A program made the position numbers and the translations under genes. This document shows positions 24,062-34,847 of a stretch of DNA of 42,116 bases, piece after piece; position 1 is the first letter of the stretch, and each line of letters begins with the position of its first letter. The stretch covers positions 3,076,789-3,118,904 of the forward strand of contig NC_057755.1 in the NCBI RefSeq assembly GCF_004010195.1, written 5' to 3'. Below the pieces are notes generated by a model that was not told the origin of the DNA, did no database searches, and saw only the letters and a list, made by a program, of their open reading frames with translations. The stretch comes from Chiloscyllium plagiosum. Taxonomy: Eukaryota.

Positions 24062-24460
24062 AAAGTGGGGGAATTGAGGATGTGAGCATTTGGGACAAAA
24101 TGGCTAAAGGAATTGCACAAAATGCTAAATTAGATTGCACTGAACCAGACAGAAACAAGATTCCACAGACTGATCAAACGTGATAAAAATACAGAAGTAA
24201 CGGTTTAACCCCATCCACAAGGCACGATTCTAAGAACAGGTTGTTTACAAGAAATCGTGATAGGATGAGATAGTATGAATGAATGCGTTATGTTATTCCA
24301 TTGGTTATTACCAAGTGGCCATGCTCCATGTCTGCCTATGAACAATGTATATGAACCCAAGGCAAAATCTAAGGGGGTCAGATCCTTTAGGGGGGTTCAG
24401 ATCTTCACTATACATGTTGTATTTTCAGGATTTTCCAAAGAAATGCCGGTGATATGATCA
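24062..24460 (+). mobile_element. Polypurine tract and probable truncated 3' LTR
   Basis: AAAGTGGGGGAAT (24062-24074) is followed by TG at 24075, directly after env. TATA-like TGTATATGAA near 24346. No clear CA end before a CR1 fragment begins at about 24460. Confidence 0.6.
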
Positions 24461-25145
24461 AGAAGTTTGCATATGACATGAAAATTGATCAGGTGGTCAG
24501 TAGGGAGGAGAGTGTAAACTGGATGAGAGTATCAAAAGATTGGTCAGCTCTGCAGAGCAATGGCAAATGGAACTAAACTTGGAAAATTGGTGTGTGGTTA
24601 TATAGTGAGTGGTGCAGAAGGCTATTAAGGACTACACCATGAATAATAGGACCATGAAAAGTAGTGAAAATCAGTGGTAATTTGGTGACCATCTTCATTT
24701 CCAAATGAAAATCTCCACTTCCCTCCACTTTCTATGTACTGTCCATTAATCATATTCATGATGAAGATAACTTACCACTTCTGTTACAATGTTTTTGAAC
24801 CATATCTGTTTCGTGCTTATTATGTGGAAATGAGAACTGTACTGTCGTGTAATTCTTTTTCAATTTAATCATAATGTCCCTCTCATGGTTAATATATCAC
24901 TTTTGTAGAAATCTCCATATTTAGTAATAACAAAAAACTAAAATAATTTATTGTTTTCTCAACTGTCCTCCACTTTCAAGTGAAATTTACATGAACGGAG
25001 GTTTAACTTCTACATAAGCCTATACTGAATCTGTGCAGTAAACGCAAATTTTCACTGACAAGTGAAAACAAATTAAGAACTTTAGTTTTCTTTGATGTTA
25101 ATATAAGCGACATTGGGAACTACTTTCCATTTGTTCTAATTGAAG

Positions 25146-25676
25146 GTGCTCGGCAGAAACGCAAGGAGACACTCCGTGTCCAAACTGAAACACTGAGAGT
25201 GAACACTGTCCTCATAAAGGACAAGGTGAAGATTTTCCAGCTGCTGAGCTAACAGTTATTTCCACACGTTCGAGATCTGACACTTGTAGAACATGAGCTG
25301 ATGGCAAAAGGCCGAAGCGGTGAAGAGTAGAGAGAGAAACATTTCGGTCATGAACTAGAAAAAATCCGAACTGATCAATTATTCTACAGCAGCTTTCCTT
25401 ACAGAAAATCCAACTCTGGGAGCAGCAGTGAGCGGAATCCCAGGGATTGGTAAAACAGTAATGGTGTAAAAGATTGTTTATGATTGGCCCACTGAGAAAA
25501 TATACCCAGAATTTCAATTTGTATTCAGTTTTAAATTCCAGGATTTAAATACTATTAACTGTAGAGTGAACCTGAGGAATATGATACTGGATCAGTATCC
25601 TTACTTTGAGAATGTTCTGAGAGAGCTCTGGAAGAACCCAGAGGGTTTGCTCTTCATATTTGATGGTTTGATGATT
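25146..25676 (+). pseudogene. NLR (NACHT-domain, NLRP3/NLRC3-like shark family) exon remnant
   Basis: After a gaag acceptor: QKRKETLRVQTETLRVNTVL..ELTVIST..LVEHELMAKGR..LEKIRTDQLF. Walker A SGIPGIGKT, then FQFVFSFKFQDLN and Walker B GLLFIFDGL. At least two in-frame stops and several frameshifts. Confidence 0.88.
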
Positions 25677-25704
25677 TAGAGTCATAGAGATGTACAGCAT
25701 GGAA

Positions 25705-26792
25705 ACCAGATTCTGGAGTAGAGTGGTGCTGGAAAAGCACAGCAGTTCAGGCAGCATCCAAGGAGCAGGAAAATTGATGATTTGGGCAAAAGCCCTTCAT
25801 CAAGAATACAGGCAGAGTGCCTGAAGGTGGAGAGATAAATGAGAGGAGGGTGGGGGTGGGGAGAAAGTAGCATAGAGTACAATAGTTGAGTGGGGGAGGG
25901 GATGAAGATGATAGGTCAGAGAGGAGGGTGGAGTGGAATGTCCTTGGCAGAGTGGGAGGGAGAGTTGAAATGTTGGGCCACAGGGCGGTGGGGTTGATTG
26001 ATGCGGGTGTCCCAGAGATGTTCCCTAAAGCGCTCTGCTAGGAAGCGTCCAGTCTCCCCAATGTAGAGGAGACCGCATCGGGAGCAACGGATCCAATAAA
26101 TGATATTGTTGAATGTGCAAGTAAAACTTTGATGGATGTGGAAGGCTCCTTTCGGGCCTTGAGGGAGGAGGTGTGGGAGCAAGTTTTGCAATTCCTGCGG
26201 TGGCAGTGGAAGGTGCCAGGACAGGAGGGTGGATTGTTGGGGGGGTGTGGACCTGACCAGGTAGTCACGGAGGGAACTGTCTTTGTGGAAAGCGGAAAGG
26301 GATGGGGAGGGAAATATATCCCTGGTGGTGGGGTCCGTTTGGAGGTGGCGGATGATTTGGTTTATGTGAAGGTTGGTAGGGTGGAAGGTGACCACCAGGG
26401 GGGTTCTGTCCTTGTTATGGTTGGAGTGGTGGGGTCTGAGGGCGGAGGTGTGGGATGTGGACGAGATGTATTGGAGGGCATCTTTAACCAGATGGGAAGG
26501 GAAATTGCGGTCTCTAAAGGAGGAGGCCATCTGGTGTGTTCTATGTTGGAACTGGTCCTCCTGGGAGCAGATATGGCGAAGGTGGAGGAATTGGGAATAC
26601 GGGATGGCATTTTTGCAGAAGGTAGGGTGGGAAGAGGTGTAATCCAGGTAGCTGTGGGAGTCGATGGGTTTGTAAAAAATGTCGGTGTCAAGTCAGTCGT
26701 CATTAATGGAGATAGGTCTAGGAAGGAGAGGGAGGTGTCGGAGATGGTCCAGGTAAATTTAAGGTCAGGGTGGAATGTGTTGGTGAAGTTGA
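25705..26792 (-). mobile_element. Penelope-like element 3' half (GIY-YIG) with pseudo-LTR and decayed hammerhead
   Basis: ORF 25916-26530 contains FTCTFNNIIYWIRCSRCGLLYIGETGR.LAERFREHL. The hammerhead at about 25770-25805 has mutated core bases. Confidence 0.92.
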
Positions 26793-26794
26793 GT

Positions 26795-27088
26795 TGGGTG
26801 TACTGGCCGTGCTAAATTATCCCATAGTGTTCAGAGATGTGTAGGTTAGGGTGGATTGGCTGTTCTAAATTGTCCCATAATGTTCAGGGATGTGCAGGTT
26901 AGGATGGGTTGGCCATGCTAAATTGCCCATAGTGTTCAGGAATGTGTAAGTTAGGTGCATTAGGCAGGGAAATGTATAGTAATTGGGTCGGGGGATGGGT
27001 GGGATACTCTTCAGAGAATCAGCTGGGTCTGTCGGACTTGATGGGCCAAATGGCCTGTTTCCACACTGTAGGGATTTTATGATTCTAT
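26795..27088 (+). mobile_element. HE1-like SINE 3' part with a triplicated 53-bp internal unit
   Basis: Units start at 26804, 26857 and 26910; followed by the GGCCTGTTTCCACACTGTAGGGATT..ATGATTCT tail. Confidence 0.85.
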
Positions 27089-27227
27089 CAAATAAAATAG
27101 ACAGATAGCTCAGCATCAATCTCACTTGCTCCAGTAACAGCTCTAAAGAAAATGCTTAAGCAAAATAAATCGAAGGGCAGTTCCGCAGTAGGTCCAAGTG
27201 ATTCTACTGCATGAGTGTTGTGCTTAC

Positions 27228-27267
27228 CATAAACCTTCATCAACTGATCACCGTCAGCATTGGGGTC
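27228..27267 (-). pseudogene. Candidate 40-nt exon of the decayed minus-strand gene
   Basis: ttttattttgatcgtcag acceptor and G|gtaagc donor. The only open frame is DPNADGDQLMKVY. Confidence 0.3.
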
Positions 27268-27971
27268 CTGACGATCAAAATAAAATTGATATCAAACATG
27301 GCAGGGAGTGGACGGCAGGGCAAGCAGACGTGTTTGGGAATGAACAGCTTAACTGATTAACTGTTTCAATATTTCCTGGAGCAACAGCTTCTTTGGAAAG
27401 CCGCTGCTTCAGAGGGCTGTGTGACTCAATCGATTCGCAGACTCCAAATGAACGGCCTCACTTAGCAGTTCTGGGCTGGAAGTCAGTGCGCATGTACTCT
27501 GCCCAGTTTCCCATGGTTGCACATGACTCTGCAAGGATGCCTCAAGATTTACCCCAAAGTGCAATTTGTCATTAACTTAATCTGATTGTCTGTATTAGTG
27601 ATTGGATAAGGTATGATACTGCACCCCACAGTGTCTCTCTAAAACACACTGCAGAACTGAAAGCTCCCCTGTTCAGCATCTGTTTCAGACCCTACATGTT
27701 CGTCTCTACGGACCACACAGCCATGGACAGAGTTATGATTAACTCCTCAATAACTGGCATCCCTTAAGATTTAATTCTGCAGAAGAACTGGTTACCACTT
27801 CAACTTTCATGGGCTCCATCCATCAATATTACATTTCTCACTGTCACAACTGATCATTTCTGTTGATTTTGACAATTATTCTCAACAGTCCCTCAGAATT
27901 TCCTTGCCAAATTTCTGTCAAACCTCTCTCACGACTGGTGTGCGCCTCCCAGGTGCCAGGTTCATGATGTC

Positions 27972-29090
27972 ATAGAGTCATAGAGATATATAGCACGGAA
28001 GCAGACCCTTCGATCCAACTCGTCCATGCTGACCAGATATCCCATTCTAAACTAGTCCCTCCTGCCAGCCCCCGACCCATATCCCTCCAAACCCTGCCTA
28101 TTCATATACCCATCCAAATGCCTTTTAAATGTTGCAATTGTACCAGCCTCCACCACTTCCCCTGGCAGCTCATTCCATACACATACCACCCTCTGCATGA
28201 AAAATGTGCCCCTTAGGTCCCTTCTATATCTTTCCCCTCTCACCCTAAACCTATGTCCTCTCGTTCTGGACTCCACCACTCCAGGGAAGAGACTTTGTCT
28301 ATTTATCCTATCCATGTCCCTCATGATTTTATAAACCTCGATAAGTTGCTGATCTTTGAGGGGCCCTATTCTCTCCCAGTTACCCTTTTGTCCTTAATGT
28401 ATTTGTAAAAACCCTTTGGATTCTCCTTAATTCTATTTGCCAAAGCTATCTCATGTCCCCTTTTTGCCCTCCTGATTTCCCTCTTAAGTATACTCCTATT
28501 TCCTTTATACTCTTCTAAAGATTCATTCCATCTATTTCATCTACACCTGGCATATGCTTCCTTCTTTTTCTTAACCAAACCCTCAATTTCTTTAGTCATC
28601 CAGCATTCCCTATACCTACCAGCCTTTCCTTTCACCCTGACAGGAATATACTTTCTCTGGATTCTCGTTATCTCATTTCTAAAGGCTTCCCATTTTCCAG
28701 CCGTCCCTTTACCTGCGAACATCTGCCCCAATCAGCTTTTGAAAGTTCTTGCCCAATACCGTCAAAATTGGCCTTCCTCCAATTTAGAACTTGCATCTTT
28801 TGAATCTGGTCTATCTTTTTCCATCACAATTTTAAATTTACTAGAATTATGGTTGCTGCCCCCAAGTACTCCCCAACTGACACCTCAGTCAGTGGCCTGC
28901 CTTATTTCCCAAGTCAAGTTTTGCACATTCTCTAGTAGGTACATCCACATATTGAATCGGAAAACTTTCCTGTACACATTTAATAAATTCCACTCCATCT
29001 AAGCCCTTAACACTATGGCAGTCCCAGTCTATGTTTAGAAACTTAAAATTCCTGACCATAACCACCCTTTTATTCTTCCAGATAACTGGC
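27972..29090 (-). mobile_element. Internally deleted CR1, antisense, inside ORF1 of the larger CR1
   Basis: CATAGAGT tail repeats at 27971-27985; 3' ORF2 segment to about 28346, joined directly to endonuclease/linker sequence (NIDWD..LDGVEFIKCVQE). RT absent. Confidence 0.88.
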
Positions 29091-31345
29091 ATCCCCTTAG
29101 ACATTTCCCAAACCCTCCCCCTTCTGGCGTGCAGGAGGCCATTCCACCGCACCCCCCAGGGAACCCATCTACTGCTCCCCAAACTCAACTCAGGGCACTC
29201 GGGGGACCTTCCACTGCCCCTCAAAATCCCCCTCGGGGTGCCCTTCCACTGGCCGACATCACCGCTTCCCTTCAACCGACCCCAACCCTGCCTTGCACAC
29301 CTCTGCACTGGCTCACACCACTTCCACCTCACGCTCCCTTCCACCATCCCCCATCCACCTCCTGTCAAAGTGAGGGGCACCACCCCATTCCACCAGGTCC
29401 ATCCGACCCCCACACTCCATACAGTCCATCTTGATGTGAGTGTCTGATCATGTTTTCTTTGAGGGGGGGGGGAGAGCAGCCACAAGTTGTGGTCCATATA
29501 GACGGCACCAATGACATAGGTAGGAAGAGAGTTGGGGATCTAAGGCAAAACTTCAGGGAGCTAGGGTGGAAGTTTAGAGCGAGAACAAACAGAGTTGTTA
29601 TCTCTGGTTTGTTGCCTGTGCCACATGCTAGTGAAGTGAGGAACAGGGAGAGAGCAGAGTTGAACACATGGCTGCAGGGATGGTGCAGGAGGCAGGGTTT
29701 TGGATTCTTGGATAATTGGGTCTCTTTCTGGGGAAGGTGGGACCTCCACAAACAGGATGGTCTTCGCCCGAACCAGAGGGGTACCAATATCCTGGGGATG
29801 GGAGGAAATTTGCTAATGCTCTTTGGGAGGGTTTAAACTAATGCAGCAGGGGGGTGGGAACCTGAATTGTAGTTCCAGTGCACGGGGGGGTTGAGGATAG
29901 TGAGGTCAGGGATAGGTTTACAAAGTCGTAAAAGGGCACTGACAATCAGGATGTTGGTTTGAAATGTGTGTACTTCAACGCCAGGAGCATCCAGAGTAAG
30001 GTGGGTGAACTTGCAGCATGGGACTTCGATGTTGTGGCCATTTCAGAGACATGGCTAGAGGAGGGACAGGAATGGTTGTTGCAGGTTCCAGGATTTAGAT
30101 GTTTCAGCAAGAACAGAGAAGATGGTAACAGAGGGAGGGGTGTGGCATTGTTAATCAAGGGTAGTGTTACAGCAGCTGAGATAACGTTTGAGGACTCATC
30201 CACTCAGGTAGTTTGGGCTGAGGTTAGAAACAGGAAAGGAGAGGTCACCCTGTTGGGAGTTTTCTACAGGCCTCTGAATAGTTCCAGGGATGTAGAGGAA
30301 AGGATAGAAAAGATGGTTCTCGATAAGAGTGAGAATAACAGGGAAGTTGTTACGGGGGACTGTATCTTCCCCAATATTGACTGGCAATACTATAGTTCAA
30401 GTAGTTTAGATGGGTCAGTTTTTCTTCAATATATGCAGGAGGGTTTTTTTGACACAGGAGGAAGACAGGCCAACAAGGGGCCCTGCCATATTGGATTTGG
30501 TACAGGGTAATGAACCCGGCCAGGTATTAGATTTGAAGGTAGGTGAGCACTTTGGTAATAGTGACCATAATTCAGTTATATTTACAATAGTAATGGGAAG
30601 AGATAGGTATATACCGCAGGGAAAGAGGTATAACTGGGTAAAAGACAATTATGTGTGATTAGGCAAGATTTAGGATGCATAAGATGGGGAAGGAAACTGC
30701 AGGAGATGGACACTTGAAATGTGGAGTTTATTCAAGGAATAGCTACTGCAGGTCCTTGATACGTATATGCCTATCCAGCAGAGAGGTAGTTGTCGAGAGA
30801 AGGAGGCTTGGTTTTTCTAAAGAAGTTGAAGCTCTTGTCAAGAGGAAGAGGAAGGCTTTTGTGAAGATGAGATGTGAAAGCTCAGTTTGGGGGCTTGAGA
30901 GTTATAGGTTAGCCAGGAAAAGGTAAAGAGAGCCAAGAAGAGCCAGGAGGAGACATGAGAAGTTGTTGGCAGATAGGATCAAGGAAAATCCTAAGGACTT
31001 CTATAGGTATATCAGAAATAAAAGAATGACCAGAGTAAGATTAGGGCCAACAAAAGATAGTAGTGGGAAGTTGTGTGTGGAATCTGAGGACATAGGGGAA
31101 GCACTGAGTGAATACTTTTCATCAATATTTACATTGGAAAAGGGTAGTGTTCGTGAAAATATGGAGATACAGGCTACAAGACAAACACATAACCTCAACA
31201 CCAAGGAGAGGGAAGCACTAAAATCACTAAGAAACGATAAGAACATAATCATCCTACCAGCAGACAAAGGCAGAATGACGGTCATCCTGGACAAAGCAGA
31301 GTACATCCAAAAAGCACAACAACTACTTGCAGATAGCAACACCTA

Positions 31346-32063
31346 NNNNNNNNNNNNNNNNNNNNNNNNNNNNNNNNNNNNNNNNNNNNNNNNNNNNNNN
31401 NNNNNNNNNNNNNNNNNNNNNNNNNNNNNNNNNNNNNNNNNNNNNNNNNNNNNNNNNNNNNNNNNNNNNNNNNNNNNNNNNNNNNNNNNNNNNNNNNNNN
31501 NNNNNNNNNNNNNNNNNNNNNNNNNNNNNNNNNNNNNNNNNNNNNNNNNNNNNNNNNNNNNNNNNNNNNNNNNNNNNNNNNNNNNNNNNNNNNNNNNNNN
31601 NNNNNNNNNNNNNNNNNNNNNNNNNNNNNNNNNNNNNNNNNNNNNNNNNNNNNNNNNNNNNNNNNNNNNNNNNNNNNNNNNNNNNNNNNNNNNNNNNNNN
31701 NNNNNNNNNNNNNNNNNNNNNNNNNNNNNNNNNNNNNNNNNNNNNNNNNNNNNNNNNNNNNNNNNNNNNNNNNNNNNNNNNNNNNNNNNNNNNNNNNNNN
31801 NNNNNNNNNNNNNNNNNNNNNNNNNNNNNNNNNNNNNNNNNNNNNNNNNNNNNNNNNNNNNNNNNNNNNNNNNNNNNNNNNNNNNNNNNNNNNNNNNNNN
31901 NNNNNNNNNNNNNNNNNNNNNNNNNNNNNNNNNNNNNNNNNNNNNNNNNNNNNNNNNNNNNNNNNNNNNNNNNNNNNNNNNNNNNNNNNNNNNNNNNNNN
32001 NNNNNNNNNNNNNNNNNNNNNNNNNNNNNNNNNNNNNNNNNNNNNNNNNNNNNNNNNNNNNNN
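31346..32063. other. Assembly gap (718 N)
   Basis: Seen directly. Confidence 1.
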
Positions 32064-32576
32064 AGGACGTTGAACCCATCAACAAAGACGGCATACTTAA
32101 ACTACTGGACTTGTGCCCCAAAACCAACAGCCACACTCAGGCAACACTCACCAGAACGAAGGACCCGATACCCAGCATGAGCAAAACTAATGTACTGTAC
32201 AAAATCCCATGCAAGGACTGCACAAAACACTATATAGGACAAACAGGAAGACAGCTAACGATCCGCATCCACGAACATCAACTAGCCACGAAACGACACG
32301 ACCAGCTATCCCTAGTAGCCACACACGTAGACGACAAGCAACATGAATTTGACTGGGACAACATTACCATTACAGGGCAAGCGAAACAAATAACAGCCAG
32401 GGAATTCCTAGAAGCATTGCACTCATCCACAAACTCCATCAACAAACACATAGACCTAGGCCCAATATACCGGCCACTACAGCGGACAGCTGAAACTGAC
32501 AACCGGAAGTGGCAGGGACAGGCTACTATAAATGCCGGAGGAAACACCACAGAAGCGCTTCACAGGAGGCTCCCAA

Positions 32577-32616
32577 GCACTGAGGATGTCACCTAGACAG
32601 GGGACGAAACGTTTGC
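32577..32616 (+). ncRNA. Minimal type I hammerhead ribozyme
   Basis: gca-CTGAGGA-t-GTCaCCT-agac-AGGgGAC-GAAA-cg-TT-tgc. Core intact, palindromic ACGT stem III, GUU triplet. Confidence 0.75.
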
Positions 32617-34284
32617 AACAAAAACTTCCAGCTCAGCGAACAGAACCACAGCAACAAGATTGGATAGGTTTGAGGATGACAAAGAGGAGGTTTTAGCAAT
32701 TTTGGAAGATCTGAAAATAAAGAAAGCCCCAGGCCGGACAGGATTCTCTGGAAGCACGTGAGGAGATTGTGGAGCCTTTGGTTTCGAACCTAATGCCATC
32801 ATTGTTGACAGGAGTAGTGCCAGAAGACAGCAAATGTTGTTCCCTTGTTTAAGAAGGGGAATCGAGACAACCCTGGCAATTGTAGGCCAGTCAGCTTCAC
32901 TTTGGTTGTGGGTAAGGTGTTGGCAAATGTTATAAGAGATAGGATTTATAATCATTTAGAGAGGGATAATTTGATTAGGGATAGTAAACATGGTTTTGTG
33001 AAGGATGGGTTGTGCCTCACTAACCTTACTGAGTTCTTCGAGAAGGTGACAAAACAGGTGGATGAAGGTAAAGTGGTTGATGTGGTATATATAGATTTCA
33101 GTAAGGCATTTGATAAGGTTCCACACAGTAGGCTATTGCACAAAATAAGGAGTTTTGGGATGAAGGTGATTTAGCGGTTTGGATTAGAAATTGGCTCGCT
33201 GAAATAAGACAGAGTGTGGTGGTTGATAGGAAATGTTCATCCTGGAGCTCAGTTATCAGTGGTGTGCCACAAGGATCTGTTTTGGGACCACTGCTGTTTG
33301 TCATTTTTATCAGTGATCTGGATGTGGGCGTAAAGAATGGGTTAGTAAATTTGCAGATGACACTATAGTAGGCAGAGTTGTGGATAGTGCTGAAGGAATT
33401 TGTGGGTTATTGTGGGACACAGATAAGACACAGAGATGGGCTGAGAAGTGGCAAATGGAGTTTAATGCAGAAAAGTGTGAGGTGATTCACTTCGGAAGAA
33501 GTAACAGGAATGTAGAGTACTGGGCTAATGGTAAAATTCTTGGCAGTGTAGATGAACAGAGAGATTTCAGTGTCCAGGTACATAAATCCCTGAAAGTTGC
33601 CACACAGGTTGATAGGGCTGTTAAGAAGACATACGGTATGTTGGCATTTATTGGTTGGGGGGATTGAGTTTCAGAGCCATGAGGTCATGCTTCAGCTGCA
33701 CATGACACTGGTAAGGGCGCACCTGGAGTATTGTGAACAGTTCTGGTCACCACATTACATGAAGGATGTGGAAGCTTTGGAAAGGGTTCAGAGGAGATTT
33801 ACTGGGATGTTGCCTAGTATGGAGGGAAGATCTTACGAGGAAAGCCTGAGGGAACTGAGGCTGATTTCGTTGGAGAGAAGAAGGTTGAGAGGCAACTTAA
33901 ATGAGACATACAAAATAATCAGAGAGTTAGATAGGGTGGACAGTGAGACCCTTTTTCCTCAGATAGTGAAGGCTAGCACGAGGGGATAGATCTTTAAATC
34001 TATCACCCCTCAATTTAGGACAGATATCAAGGGTAGATTCTTTCCTCAGAGAGTAGTAGGGGTATGGAACGGCCTGCCTCCAACAGTAGTAGTCTCGCCA
34101 ATGTGAAGGGCATTAAAATGGGCATTGGATATACAGATGGATAGTAATGGAATGGTGTAGGTTAGATGGGCATCAAATTAATTTTGCAGGTCAGCACATC
34201 GAGGACCGTGCTGTAACGTTCTACGTTCTATGTTCACTGTTTGAGACTGGTTAGGGCAATTGGGTGGAGGTTGGTTTGCGTGGT

Positions 34285-34490
34285 CTAAATGGTGACCATG
34301 CATCCGTTGTCGATTGGCAGAAAAACCTGTCTGGGGTGTGCCCTGTGGGAAAAGAAACTTCTGGCTGATATTTGATTCCAGACCCACAGCAACGTGGTTG
34401 ATTCTTAACTGCCCTCTGGGCAATTAGGGGTGGGCAATAAATGCTGGTCTAGTCAGAGATGCCTCATCCTGTCAATGAATTCTTTTAAAA
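34285..34490 (+). mobile_element. Second-family SINE, 3' part
   Basis: Similar to 1840-2055 (CCAGACCCACAGCAACGTGGTTGATTCTTAACTGCCCTCTGGGCAATTAGGG). Confidence 0.7.
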
Positions 34491-34847
34491 AAGACTATTG
34501 CGTGTCACTTTCAGATTAAAGGTAAATTGTAGAAATATTATACAGATTAAAAACTAAAGGACCAGTCGGAAAGTTTAGAAAAACAAATTAATAACTATGT
34601 AAATAAAATGAAGATGCAAGGTCAGGCAGTAATTTGGGAGCTGTTGGATAGCATTGTGGTATATTGGATCTGGTAATGGTTAATGGGGAAGGTTTACTAA
34701 TCACAACATGATAGAATATAACGTTCAGTGAGAGAGTGAGGAGCTTAGGTCGGAACCAACTGTGTTTAACTTAAATAAAAAGAATTACAATGAAATGAGA
34801 ATCGTATCAGCAAAAGGGAACTGCGCAGATAAATTAATAAGAATGAC

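Larger units (their letters stand above)
31182..32653 (+). mobile_element. Penelope-like element inserted in CR1 ORF2, partly in the assembly gap
   Basis: NLNTKEREALKSLRNDKNIIILPADKGRMTV (RT N-terminal region) and NVLYKIPCKDCTKHYIGQTGR.L..RIHEH (GIY-YIG). Flanked by ACAAGA at 31176-31181 and 32654-32659, a candidate target-site duplication. Confidence 0.92.
27935..34235 (+). mobile_element. Near-full-length CR1 LINE (ORF1 SGNH esterase, ORF2 AP endonuclease + RT) with nested insertions
   Basis: ORF1: LPGAR.HDV (27935-27971), resuming at 29441 with EQPQVVVHI.GTNDIG..DGL.PN..G. ORF2: YFNARSI, AISETWL, SDHN (APE); [34 protein letters not shown] (RT). TTCTATG-type tail at about 34220-34235. Confidence 0.93.

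Noticed and set aside
24776..24805. Possible 30-nt minus-strand exon with a GTAAGT donor
   Set aside because: The acceptor has no pyrimidine tract and the phase cannot be tied confidently to the other candidate exons.
27088..27125. NKID-like continuation of the NACHT exon after the retroelement block
   Set aside because: Only four residues, overlapping the A-rich SINE tail; the expected downstream NACHT motifs (LL...S.L.T.R) are absent.
27478..27522. ETS-, NRF1- and RFX-like motifs (GGAAGT, TGCGCATG, GTTTCCCATGGTTGC)
   Set aside because: Partial matches without a CpG island or transcript evidence; expected by chance.
30963..32180. 405-aa ORF and other ORFs spanning the N run
   Set aside because: Artefacts: a CR1 linker fused to Penelope sequence and extended through unknown bases.
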